From the human T2T-CHM13v2.0 reference genome, Homo sapiens: a DNA stretch of 64,000 nucleotides. Location: NCBI RefSeq assembly GCF_009914755.1, contig NC_060926.1; one strand, 5' to 3'. The position numbers and the translations under genes were made by a program. The stretch's first letter is position 1, and each line of letters opens with the position of its first letter. Shown piece by piece: positions 30,401 through 43,057 of this stretch. The notes under the pieces are model-generated. The model made no database searches. It was given only the letters and a program-made list of their open reading frames with translations, and was not told where the DNA came from.

Positions 30401-30721
30401 TGAACAAGTCTATGAATTTTAACGCATGTTTAGATTTGTTACAGCCACCACCACAATCGGGATAAAGAATAGTTACATCACTCCAAAAAAGGTCCCTCCT
30501 GCTGCCCTTTTGGTCACAGTCTACCCCCAACCTCCTGTCAACCACTAATCTATCATCTGTCCCTATAGTTTTGCCTTTTTCCAGAATGTCATATAAATAA
30601 GTAACCTTTTGAGACTAGCTTGTTCAATCAGCATGCCTTTGAGTCATCCATATTGGTGTACATTAACATCTTTGTTGTCAACTTTTGGCAATTATAAAGC
30701 TGTGACAGACATTTGCATACA

Positions 30722-31030
30722 ATTTTTTTTCTTTATTTTTTGAGATGGAGTCTCACTCTGTCACCCAGGCTGGAGTGCAGTTGCGTGATCTCAGCTCACT
30801 GCAACCTCTGTTCTGCCTCCTGGATTCAGGTGATTCTCATGCCTCAGCCTCCCAAGCAGCTGGGACTACAGGTGTGCACCACTATGCCCTGCTAACTTTC
30901 TTGTATTTTCAGTAGAGACAGAGTTTCACCATGTTGGCCAGGCTGGTCTCAAACTCCTGACCTCAGGTGATCTACCCACCAAGGCCTCCCAAAATACTGG
31001 GATTACAGGCATGCGCCACCGTCCCCAGCC
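30722..31030 (-). mobile_element. Alu inserted in L1
   Basis: Reverse Alu; TSD gcatacaattttttt. Confidence 0.92.
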
Positions 31031-32036
31031 AGCATACAATTTTTTTATGTGAACACAAATTTTCATGTATCTAGGGTAAATTTCTAGGAGTGGGATTGCT
31101 GGGTCTTCTATGTGGTTATTCCAACTTTGTGAGAAACTGCCAAACTTTTCCAGAGGCCATGTCATTTTGCATTCCCACCAGCAATGTATGAGAGTGCAGT
31201 TGCTCTGTATATGCACCAGCACTTGGTATTATTTTTACCCATTCTAACAGCTACATAGTGGTTTCTTATCATGGCTGTAATTTGCATTTCCCTAATGGCT
31301 AATGATATTGAGCATCTTTCATGTACTTATATTTGCTATCTATAGGTGGTACCAAGTGAACTGCCTAAATCTTTCAAATCTCGTTTTCTAAACTGGGTTG
31401 TTGTCTTGCTATTGAGTTTTGATACTTATATATTCTGGATTCAAGTCATTTATTGGCTAGATGATGACTTGCAAATATTTTTTATATTTGCTGTTTTTTT
31501 TTCAATCTTTTAACTGTGTTTTTTTTTCCAGAGCAAATCTTTTTCATTTTGATTCAGTCTAGTTTACCAGTTTTTTTCTTTCATGGTTCATGCTTTTGGT
31601 ATCACATCTAAGAACTCTTTTCCTAACCCAAGATCGCAAATGTTTTGTCTTCTTGTTTTATAGTTTTACATTTTACATTTAAAACTATGATCCCTTTTGA
31701 GTTAATTTTTCTATAAAGTATAAGGTATAAGTAGATTTTGGTGGGGGGAGAGTATGTGAATGTCCAATTGTTCCAATCCCATTTGTTGAAAAGATTATCC
31801 TTTTTGCATTCATTGTTTTTGGACATGTCAAGTATCAGTTTACCATATTTTTATGGGTGTATCTCTGGACTTGTTTCTGTTTCATAGGTTTGTGGCTAGC
31901 CTTTTGTCAATATAGCACTAATTACTGTAGCTTTATAGTCATTCTTAACATTAGATAATAGGAGTACTCCAAATTATTGTTCTTTCTCAAAATTGTTTTG
32001 GCCATTCTAGTTTGTGTTTCCATGTATAATTCAGAA

Positions 32037-32038
<2 letters not shown>

Positions 32039-32081
<43 letters not shown>

Positions 32082-32100
32082 CTATATATCTATATATATA
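32039..32100. repeat. (TG)n microsatellite followed by TA-rich run
   Basis: About 20 TG units read directly. Confidence 0.97.
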
Positions 32101-34062
32101 AAACAAATCCTGCTGGGATTTTGACTGGACTTTTAGAATCCATTTGTCAATGTCTACAGAAAAGCCTGCTGGAATTTTGCCGAATATACATGTTAATTTG
32201 GGGAGGACTAAGAATATTGTCTTTCAGATCATGAACAGCATTTGTCTGTTTGTTTAGGTTCTTTACTTTTTCTCAGTAACATTTTGTATTTTTCACGTAC
32301 AACGTACACAATACAAAATGCAGTTTTCCTTCATATGCTTTGTTAAATTTATCCCTAAGTGTTCATGTTTTTGATGCTATTGCAAATGGCATTAATTTCA
32401 TCTTCTGCTAAGTTTGTAGAAATTACTTTTTATATGTCACTTTTATATGTTAAGACCTTGCTACAATTATTCCAGTAAATTTTTTTTGGGGGGAGGCCAT
32501 ATAATCTTTAAAATTTTCTCTATACAATTTTGTCATCTGCAAATAATGGCAGTTTTCTCCTTCTCTCAATCTTTATGCTTTGTATGTCTTCCCTTCCTCA
32601 TACTCAGTGGGACTTCCGGTAAAATATCAAACAGAAATCATGAGAATGACTATTGCTGCCTTGCTCCTGTCATAGGGAAAAAGTGTTGTCTTTCACCACT
32701 AACATTACTTTTGAGGAAGGCCTTCCTATTAATACTTTGCTGGGATTTTAAAAATAAAAAATGGTATTTTATCAAAATTTTTTTTCTGTTTCTACTGAGG
32801 TGATCATCTGATTTTTTTTATGTTAATATAGTGAATTATATCTATTGTCTTTGGAATATCCTTGAATTTCTGGTATAAATCCACTCAGTCATCATGTTTT
32901 ATCCATTTTACACGTTAGATTCAATTTGCCAACTTCTGGGTCTATGTTCATGAGGGATATTGGCCTGTGGAGTTTTGTCTTCTTGGTAATACTGGCCTCA
33001 TATAGAATAATTCGGGAAATCTTTCTTTCCTCTTTCTCTCTTTTCTGAAGAGTTTAGATAAGACTGGTATTACTTCCTCGTAATGGCCTTGGTAAGAGTT
33101 CTCTAGTGTAGCCATTAGGGCCTGGAGGTTTCTTTTTGGAAAGATTTACAATTTCTTTAATTGATGTAGGGCTATCATTTTTTTCTTGTGCCAATTTTGG
33201 TAATTTGATATTGGCATAAAATTGTTTATATTATTCCTGTTTGCCTTTTAAACGTATATAGATGTCATAATGCCCATTACACATCTTAATATGTGACTTT
33301 TCTTGATCAGTCTGTATAGAGATGTATCTATTAGATCTTTTTAAAGAACCAGCATTCATTCTGTTGTCTCTATCGTATGCTTCACTGATTTCTGTTCTTA
33401 CCTACTTCTGTCTACTTATTTTGGGTTTAATTTGCTTTTCTTTTTTTAGCTTAAGGTGAAAGCTTATATCACTGATTTAAACTTTTCTTCTTTTCTATTA
33501 TAAGCATTTAAGTATATAAATTTCCTTCTAAGCTCTAAAACTAATGCATTTCAAAATTTTGATGTTTTGGCTTTTGTTTAGTTGAAACTATATTTTAATT
33601 TCTCCTGTGATTTTCTTCTTTGTCCCATGGGTTATTTAGAAATATGTTTAGTTTCCAAATATATGAGGCTTTTCTAGATATTTTACTCTCTGGGGTGGTT
33701 AGAAATTGTACTGTGTAATGTTTTAAGCCTTTGAAATCTGCTGAGACTACCAATAGTCTATCTTGGTGAATGTTCCATATGCACTTGATAAGAATATGTA
33801 ATAGTTGTTGGGTGTAGTGTTCTGTGAATATCAACTCAAGTTGGAGCATAATGTTGTTCAGAACACGTATTTTTTCTTTGACTATTCTAGTAATGTTTTA
33901 AGTCTCCAGCTATGCTTGTGGGTTTGTCAGTTTTAAGTTGTGTATCTTTTATAGATAGCATATAGTGGGTGTATTTTTTAAAAAAATAATAGACTGTTTT
34001 TCAGAGCAGTTTTAAGTTAACAGAAAAATGGAGCAGGAAGTAGTGTTCCCACGTATCCTGTG

Positions 34063-34065
<3 letters not shown>

Positions 34066-34106
<41 letters not shown>
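34066..34106. repeat. (CA)n microsatellite
   Basis: About 20 CA units read directly. Confidence 0.97.
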
Positions 34107-34110
<4 letters not shown>

Positions 34111-34448
34111 GCATCTCCCACTAGACACATCGCAATCACCTGAAATCCACGTTATTTTAGGGTTCATTCCTGGTGTTGTACAACCTATGGTTTTTGACAA
34201 ATGTATGACAGAAATCCATTATTAGTATCATATAGAATAGTTTCATTGCCTTAAAAATTGTCTGTTCCACCTATTCATCTCAGCCTCTTCCATAACCCTT
34301 GGCAACCACTGGTCTTTTTACTGTCTCCAGAGTCTTGCCATTTCTAGAATGTCATATAGTTGTAATCATACAGCATGTACCCCTTTCAGATTGGCTTAAC
34401 TTAGTAATAAGTATTTGAGGTTCCTCCTTTTCTTCCCATGGCTGGATT

Positions 34449-34745
34449 ATTATTTTTTGAGGTGGGGTCTTGCTCAGTCACCCAGGCTGGAGTGCAGTGG
34501 TGCAATCAATCTTAACTTACCACAACCTTCAATTCCAACTCCTGGGCCCAAGCGACCTCGGCTTCCTGAGTAGTTAAAACTGTAGGTGTGCACCACCATG
34601 CCTGGCTAATTTTTTTCATATTTAATTTTTTTGTAGAGACGGGGTCTTGCTATGTTGCCTAGGCTGGTCTTGAACTCCTGGGCTCAAATGATACTCGCCT
34701 CAGCCTCCCAAAGTGCTGGGATTGTAGGCGTGACTATGCCCAGCC
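34449..34745 (-). mobile_element. Alu (AluJ-like)
   Basis: Diverged reverse Alu. Confidence 0.85.
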
Positions 34746-36437
34746 TAACTCATTTATTTTTAATGCTGAATATGTTCCATTGTTTAGATGTGCCACAGTT
34801 TACCCATTCACCAAGAAGGACATCTTGCTTGCTTCTAAGTTTTCAAAGTTATGAATAAAGCTGCTACAGACATCCATATGCAGATTTTTGCATGGATTTA
34901 AGCGTTCAACTTATTGGGTAAATACCAAGAAGCAGAACTGCTGGATCATACAGTAAGAATGTTTCACTTTCTAAGAAACTGCCAGACTGTCCTCCCAAGG
35001 TAACCGTACCATTTTGCATTCTCACCAACAGTGAATGAGAGTTCTGTTGCTTTTGCCATTATCTCACTGTTTAAATTTACAATTCCTGAATGACATGATG
35101 TTGAACACTTTTCCATACGTTTATGTGCCACCTATATGTAAGAAGACTTCCGTGAGGTGTCTGTCCAGATCTTTTGCCCATTTTTCAATTAGCTTGTTCA
35201 TATTTGTATTGTTGACTTTTAAAAGTTCTTTGTATACTTTAGATAACAATCTTTTATCAAATATGCTTTTGCAATATTTTCTCCCAGTCTGTGGCTTGTC
35301 TTCTCATTTTCTTGACCATGTCTTAAACAGAGCAGTTTTTTAGTGAAGTCCAACTTATCAATTATTTCTTTAACACATCATGCCTTTGGCACTGAATCTA
35401 AAAGGTTGTCGCCAAACCCAAGGTTATCTGGATTGTCTCCTATGTTATCTTCTAGGAGTCCTATTTTATATTTAGGTCTATGATCCATTTCAAATTAATT
35501 TTGTGAAGGGTTTAAGAACTGTGTCCAGCTTTTTTTTTTTTTTTTTTTTTTTTGGCATATGGATGATTTGTTTGTTCCAGCACTCGTTGAAAAGACTATG
35601 TATGTGTGGTTTGGATTTTTAAACTAGTCTGATCATCTCTGCCTTTCAATTGTTATTTTTAGTCCATTTTCTTTCAGGTAATTTTTCACATGGAAGGCTT
35701 TTTCATATGTTGGTTTTCTAATTGTCCCTCCCCAACCCCCAATGTTCTTCCTTTCCTGTCTTCTTCTGGGTTAAACGTATCTAATTCCTTTCCTCATAAG
35801 TCATACTTGCATTATCTCTTTAGTGGCTGCTCTATGTTTTAAATCTTTTCCCTCCATTTTTCAGATTGGACACATCTATAGATTTATGTTCAAGTTCACT
35901 AATCCTATCTTTTCCAACATTCAGTAGTCCACACAATGAATTTTTCATTTCACATCTTGTACATTTCAGTTACTGATTTTCCATTTTTATTTTACAATTT
36001 CCATTTCTCTGAGATTCTTTTTTTGTTCACTAGTTTTTCCTTTATTTTCTTGGGTATACTTAAATAGCTACTTTAAAGTTCTATTATTAATTTCTATTAA
36101 GAAATGCTGGGTCTTTTTTTTTTTTTTCCCTTGATTATGGGTCAGATTTTCCTGCCTCTTTGTATGGCTAGTAATTTTTTAATTGAATGGTAGGCATTGT
36201 GAATAATACCTTGTAAGGCATCTGGCTTATGTTATCTTCCTTTAAATGGTATTGTTTTATTTCTTGTTAAAGAGGATTATTTCTGTTTGAACTTAGTCAA
36301 ATGTGGTCCATAGGCTGGCTATTTTTGTAAATGAAGCTTTATTGGATATAGCCATGCCCATTTGTTTAATATTAATATATTATCTGGCTTCTTTTGTGCT
36401 ATAATAGCAGAGCTGAGTAGTTGTAACATAGACCCTA

Positions 36438-36790
36438 TGTGTCTTAGTCCATTCAGGATGGTATAACAAAATACCAGAGACTAGTATGGAGTATTTAGAA
36501 GACTGGGTGTTTATCAATCAGTCACACAGATTTATTTCTCATGGTTCTGGAGGCTGGGAAGTCCAAGTTTAAGGCATGAGCATATATGGTGTCTTGTGAA
36601 GGCCTGCTTTGTGGTTTACAGCTTTTCACTGTGGCCTCACATGTCAGTAGGGGCAAGGGAACTCTCTGGGGTCTCTTTTATGAGAGCACTAATACTCTAA
36701 TATCATCACCCAAAGGCCCCACCTCCAAATACCATCACGTTGGGGATTAGGTTTCAATATATGAATTTGGAGAAGCCACAAACATCCTAG
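36438..36790 (-). mobile_element. MLT1A-like LTR nested in a MER58-like fragment (~36305-36840)
   Basis: tgtcttagtccattcagg...ggctgggaagtccaag...catcacgttggggattaggtttcaa; flanked by MER58-like motifs. Confidence 0.72.
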
Positions 36791-37949
36791 CTCACAAGCC
36801 TAAGTCATAGCCCTTTAAGAAAACACTTGCCAAACCTTGTTTAGGGTATACTACTGATTCCTAAGGTGTCGCATTTCTTGAGTAGTAACTAAATACGAAA
36901 GTGTTCAATGAGATTGCTCCACTCAGGCTGCAATTCCAAGGATTCTAAGTACTGTATAACTTCTGGTGTCACTGTTCAACTCTTAAGTCCTAGAGGAAGT
37001 AATCGTTTGCTAACACTTTGCAGATCCTTATCCTGGACATGCACATCCCAGTACCCTTGCCAAGTCTCATGCAGATTTCTGCCTCTCTTCCCAATCTTGA
37101 ACTCTATCTTATAAATTCCAGCTGTTTTAGTAACCCTAACCTCTGTTGCATCAGAGTTGCCACTCTCTGACTCTCCTGGGGCTCAACTCCCACGGTAATG
37201 CTGGGAGATACCCCCAGGTAGAATCCCACAATGACCATCTGTGGGATTTAACATCTTGTGTTTTTCTTCTCTCAGGGATCACAATCCAGTGTTGCTTGTT
37301 GCTCTATGCCTGAAAATAATGGCAACATATATTTTGTCTGGTTTTAAAACTGGTTTTGGCAAATGCACAAATCTGGCACTACTTTGTTAGGGTAAGAAAA
37401 AGCTGCTTTTGCAAAACAAAAGGTCTTAAAAAACAGAATATTCTGATGGTTCCACTGATGGTTCCACTCACAGCCTTTTATTTATCTGACACTCATTGAG
37501 TTCTCCAAGTAATTTTTTTCAGGTTAACCATGTCCAATTCCCTTAACCATCCCTCACAGTAAAAACTAGACACTATGAAAAATCATAACATGCTGATGAT
37601 TAACAACCAAGACAGTCCCCATCTTCAGTTCAGGCTAGTAAACAAGACAGACACCACACATAACTTGTTTCCCTTTTAAAATTAACATCTCTGAAGTATG
37701 CAGCGTGAAGCAGGGCATACAGAACTAAAGGTAATTAAAAGCAGAAGACTGCCTTTCCTTTCTTACCCTCATATCACTCTTATTAGGGGTAGGAACAGAT
37801 GTAGTATTATGAGAAACTGGGTAGAATTTATAGAATAATATATGGTGGTAGACCTGGCAAACATCACCTCCTCTGGACATCCTTAATTACAAACTATTAA
37901 AAAATGAATTAGATGCACGCAAGCTTTTGCCTTAAGATCAGTGGTTTCA

Positions 37950-38245
37950 GGCCAGGCACAGTGGCTCACGCCAGTAATCCAAGCACTTTGGGAGGCTGAG
38001 GTGGGCAGATCACTTGACCCCGGGAGTTCAAGACCAGCCTGGGCAAAATGGCAAAACCCTGTCTCTACAAAAACTTAGGTAGGCATGGTGACTTGTGCCT
38101 GCAGGCCAGCTACTCAGTGGGCTGAGGTGGAAGGATCACTTGAACCCAGGAGGTCCAGGCTACAGTGAGCCGTGATTGCATCCTTTACTCCAGACTGAGT
38201 TAACAGAGTAAGACCCTGTCTCAAAAAAAAAAAAAAAAAAAAAAA
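37950..38245 (+). mobile_element. Alu (AluJ-like)
   Basis: Dimeric Alu with long A tail; tttcag repeated on both flanks. Confidence 0.9.
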
Positions 38246-38788
38246 GGTGTTTTCAGAAACAGATTTTATGAATTTTTAGAGCTATGTTTTTAGTCCCAAA
38301 ACTAAGATACAATCAGGGACCATTAATCTCATTCATAGAGATTACCTGTGCTTCTTACACTCAGTCCTCTTTAAAATGAAGCTGTCTTGTATTGTTTTAG
38401 TTATCCTTAAGTCCCTTAAGAGGAGTTCATTCTGTGATAACACACACTTGGGAGGCTTAGAAGGCACATCACAAGCATTGTCATCTATTTATTGACCAAA
38501 CATCAAACAAGGGTAGGAATGAGACATTTAGGAGGAAAAACCTTTAACCTTAATCTGAGCTTCTGTACAATTTCACAGGGAACAGTCAATAGGTGGCTTT
38601 GCTATATGTAACCTATATTGTTTAGACGTGGCACTAGAGTAAAGCCAACATTGTTTACTACTCTTTGAGTTGTAAATATGTGACCAGGGGATAAAGCCAG
38701 ACTCTAACAGTAGTCCAAGATCTGTAGGTTCATGAGGTTTGGGGAGGAACAAAATTTTGATGTGCTTGTTTTGCTTGACAGTATAGAT

Positions 38789-38980
38789 CAGGACTCAGCA
38801 AACATTTTTTGTAAAGGGTCAGATAGTACATATTTTAAGCTTTGTGGGCCACATGGTCTGTCACAGTTATTCAGTTCTGCTGTTGTAGTATGAACGCAGC
38901 CATGGACACATGTAAACACGTGAGCATGGCTGTACAAAAATAGGTAGCTGGAATTTGGCCCAATGGTTTGCTAGCCCTTG
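38789..38980. mobile_element. MER58A-like hAT-Charlie DNA transposon
   Basis: caggactcagcaaac...gtaaagggtcagatagta motifs; 8-bp TSD GTATAGAT at 38781-88 and 38981-88. Confidence 0.85.
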
Positions 38981-39059
38981 GTATAGATAAATCTAAGCTA
39001 GCAAAAATTGAATTGTTTTGGTATAGATAAATCTAAGCTAGCAAAAATTGAATTGTTTT
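38978..39059. repeat. Perfect 40-bp tandem duplication
   Basis: ttggtatagataaatctaagctagcaaaaattgaattgtt twice. Confidence 0.95.
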
Positions 39060-39450
39060 CAGTTTTATAAAATATGCAAGATCTTGAAAAAAAGTTTTCC
39101 TATTTTGCAAGTTGCCATTTTTATTGAGTGATTATCTTTTTCTTCTACTGATAAGATAAAGCTGTTTGTTTTTACCTCAGATTTCTTCCATGTGACCAAA
39201 GTGATGAAAGGATTTTTACATGCCACTCAATCATACACTATTTTGCATTCTGTAACTTCAAAATGAAACCTACCTTCTCTTGACAGGTAAACACTACACG
39301 TGAAGAGTGGTGAAAGGGAACATTGATTACTGAAGTGCCCTGGAGAGGGAAAGCACTGGTCAACATCACATGGACAAATTTCATTGTTTTCTAAAGATGG
39401 CCTGGAAGTAGTCTTTGCCACTGCTTCCTCCACAAACAGCTCTTCATAAC

Positions 39451-39738
39451 ATGGGCTGCATGAAATCAAAGCAAACTTTCCCATTTCCTACCATATATGA
39501 AGGTGAGAAGCAGCATGAGAGTGAAGAACCCTTTATGCCAGAAGAGAGATGTCTACCTAGGATGGCTTCTCCAGTTAATGTCAAAGAGGAAGTGAAGGAA
39601 CCTCCAGGGACCAATACTGTGATCTTGGAATATGCACACCGCCTGTCTCAGGATATCTTGTGTGATGCCTTGCAGCAATGGGCATGCAATAACATCAAGT
39701 ACCATGACATTCCATACATTGAGAGTGAGGGGCCTTGA
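39451..39738 (+). CDS. C2orf88: Small membrane A-kinase anchoring protein (smAKAP/AKAP19), 95 aa, CDS within one exon
   Basis: aacATGG strong Kozak; MGCMKSK N-terminus (Gly2 myristoylation, Cys3 palmitoylation); PKA-RI-binding helix [20 protein letters not shown] with Ser66; C-terminus [10 protein letters not shown]; protein recognised. Confidence 0.97.
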
Positions 39739-42700
39739 GGCTGTAGGATGACAACACTTTGACTGTGGAGGTGCTAGTTTGAATAAATGTGACAAAAGCA
39801 AAAACTGGTGTGAAAAAGTACAAATAACTATCTGGATTTAAAAATGTGTCTACGATAATGTCACTATTATAAGAACAACTAGGATGAAATGCATTTTAAG
39901 TACTTCTATGTTAACAGCAATTTCTGTTTAGTCTTAGATTTTAGTCATCTGAAGGGCTGAACAGAGGTCCTGTGACACCCAATAATCAGCTGAATGTCAC
40001 AGCACTTCTTCCTAAGTAATGGCATCACCAAAGAAAATGCTAAGGAATAAAAACTGCCCCAAATTCCAATGGTTGAAGTTTATCCTTTAAAATAACAATT
40101 TTTGTTTGTTTATACCCAAAAAAAGTCCAGATATGAAAAGGGCTTTTCTAAAATTTCTTGGCGAGGGAATGGCACTCAAATCATAGTGATTAACAGTAAG
40201 TCTTGTTTGTTTGTCAAGGATCTCTACTTCTTGACACAAATGAACCCTGTCTTTAATAAGATAAGATATTTATTTTTGTAGATGAGAAGTGTAACTACCA
40301 CCTTGGACCTCAGGGCCCTAACTAATTACAGCTGTTACTGGACGACTCAGACTTTGTGCCTAAAGCCATCTTAGAGATAACAGTTTATAGAAGCCATGAC
40401 ATTAGTGTTTATTGCATTGAATTAAGCCCAGTGATATAACTATACAAGAAAACAAGTAGGGGTACCTTTTACAAAGAGCAATCCAATAAATCTTAAAAAT
40501 AACAGAAACTTAGTCTGCAAGGTAGAAAGTTTCAGTTTTAATTCTGTATTAAGCTTTACTATCTCAGAGGTACAGAGGGCTGGAATATGGGCATTTATTT
40601 CCAGTTTTTTCTTGACTAGTAAGGCGGTCACCATTAAAATAGACCAGATAATGCATGAAGATTTACAGTTGTATTGCAAAACGGAAAAGATAAAACTGTC
40701 CTTTGAGGAGAGTACTCGTTTTCTGGGTTTTTGTTATTTTTTAGTGGTAACACAAGCCTATAGGGCATTTATAGCCACCTATTATACTGTTTCCATAAGC
40801 CTGGCTACCTTTTAGGGAAGCTATTTTTTCTCTTTCATTTTTACTGTCACAGCACATACACACACACCTTTTTGTTTTAAAGGATTAAGTACTGTTTGAA
40901 GATCAGTGGTAACAGAAAATTTGGGAGGGAGAAGAAGAAATTAAGACATGACTTGTTAGAAAATTAAGACTTCAGTTTCTAGAATTATCTTTTCATCAAG
41001 ATTTGGTAGACATTGAGTTTAAATGGAAAGGAAATTATTTAAGCCTGTGTATGTTAGATCCACAATACACCATTGGTATTGAAATATAAAGGTTAAAAAA
41101 AAGGCTTATGACCTCTTTAATGAGATAAATATGTATTTGTCTTGTAAGCAGGCAGAAAATCTACCTCTAATTTTAACACTAATACTTTGAAACCCACAAT
41201 CAAATAGAGTGAATTCTCCAAGTTACATAAGCAAGGAAAACATTATTTGAAATATGCCATGTTTTCGTTGCCTTTGGACACCTCATCATTCAACTCTAAT
41301 TTTACCGAGTCCCGGGATTTGTACTGTCCCATTGTACTTGCAATCTACAATTTATATAATAGAAAAACAACCAAACCCATTCATACAAGGATCTGAAGTT
41401 ATAAGGTTAAGGGCAGAAAGTTTCCCATAAGTATAAAACATTTCCAGGTCATGAAGAGTAGTTTAGGTTGAGTGACAAAAGCCTAGGTGTGGTTGTTTTT
41501 CATTCATTTTGCATCTCACACCAAGACATTTTTGCTGCAAGGTCATCTGCTGCTTAAAATGTACAATTAGGTATATAAAATAAGTACAATGGTGAAAACA
41601 CAAAGCCAGGTAAAGCAGCATGCCCCACTAAATTTTTCAGTATACATAGGGACAGACAAGTGAGTTTTGGTTGTATCTAAATATTTTAATTTCAGGTTCC
41701 TTCTGTGCCCTGGGCCACTATTTCCCAGGGGTGTGACAGAGATGCCTGCCAGATCCATATCAACTAGAAGTCTGATTTCTGTTGCTGCCCTTCCTCAGCA
41801 ACTATGGCAGTATACTTTTATCACCAAGCACCACTCCCTTGTCCCTGAATCACATTTTAATAGAGTACAATATCTTCTGTACAATATTTCTGAAACACTT
41901 ATGTCTGAAATATATGCTGTATTGTATGTTAACCCATGACATATATGAACTACAAGGCTTGCATAATCAGTGAGCTAGTGGATAAATCAAGACAGGAGCA
42001 AATGGGAGAAAGATGAATAAACAAATGAAAAAAGATGAATAAATGAATAAGAGAGATGAATAAACAAATTTACATTACATGTGATAGTTATCATGGTATG
42101 GCCTTCATGACAAGATGGATGAGAATATCACTGATAGGATATTAGCCTTCTTTCATATCTTTATATTGAAATATGGGCTTTACTTCAATTTGAAGGTCTT
42201 TCATGAACAATAAAAGAGAGTAGAAGGACTGTCTGAGAAGGCAGGAGACATATAAAACAGATGACTGAAAGACTGACTAGCTCCTGGAAAGGGAAACATT
42301 TGGAACATCCAGAGTAAGGGCAAATGGGCTTCTACCAGCACAACAAAGAGCCTCCAGGTGGCAACATGGAAGCAGGTTATCAGAGAAAATAAATGTGCAA
42401 ATTCCTTATTTACAATGACTCACTTAACCCCACAAACATGTTTCACTGCTGCCTTCCCCAGTTGTCGCTTATGTACTGTTGTTACCTTTCAGTTACATGC
42501 CTTTGATCCTAAAATTCTCTACTTTTGTTGCCTTATCAGTTCTTTGCAATCTGCCTGTGGTTATCAGCACTTAAAGCACAATTTTGAAGGGGAAAAAAAT
42601 GATAATCACCTTAGTCCCAAAGAAATAATTTGTCAAACTGCCTTATTAGTATTAAAAACAGACACACTGAATGAAGTAGCATGATACGCATATATCCTAC

Positions 42701-43051
42701 TCAGTATCATTGGCCTTTTATCAAATGGGGAAACTATACTTTTGTATTACATAGTTTTAGAAATCGAAAGTTAGAGACTCTTTATAAGTAATGTCAAGGA
42801 ACAGTAATTTAAAAACAAAGTTCTAACAAATATATTGTTTGCTTAATCACAATGCCCTCAACTTGTATTTGAATAACTAAATAGGACATGTCTTCCTTGG
42901 AGCTGTGGGCATTAGTTCAGAAGCACTACCTGCATCTTAATTTTCAAAACTTAAGTTTTATTAGCAAATCCTCTTCTCTGTAAGACTTAGCTATGAAGTG
43001 GTATATTTTTTCCAAATATTTTTCTGAAAACATTTGTTGTTGTAACTGCAC

Positions 43052-43057
43052 AATAAA
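43052..43057 (+). terminator. C2orf88: Distal poly(A) signal of C2orf88
   Basis: AATAAA with downstream tgtgagctcttattt; use inferred. Confidence 0.7.

Larger units (their letters stand above)
29660..36250 (-). mobile_element. Cluster of old antisense L1 (L1M) fragments with nested Alus and microsatellites
   Basis: T-rich L1 3'-end/ORF2 antisense motifs (gatggacatttgggttgtttccagc; cattcccaccagcaatgtatgagagt; ttgttgaaaagattatcc); ORF-track peptides such as KDNLFNKWDWNNW. Confidence 0.75.

Noticed and set aside
39415-39450. ORF-track N-terminal extension of smAKAP (107 aa)
   Set aside because: It starts at TTG; the real start is ATG 39451, with strong Kozak context and the Gly2/Cys3 lipidation motif.
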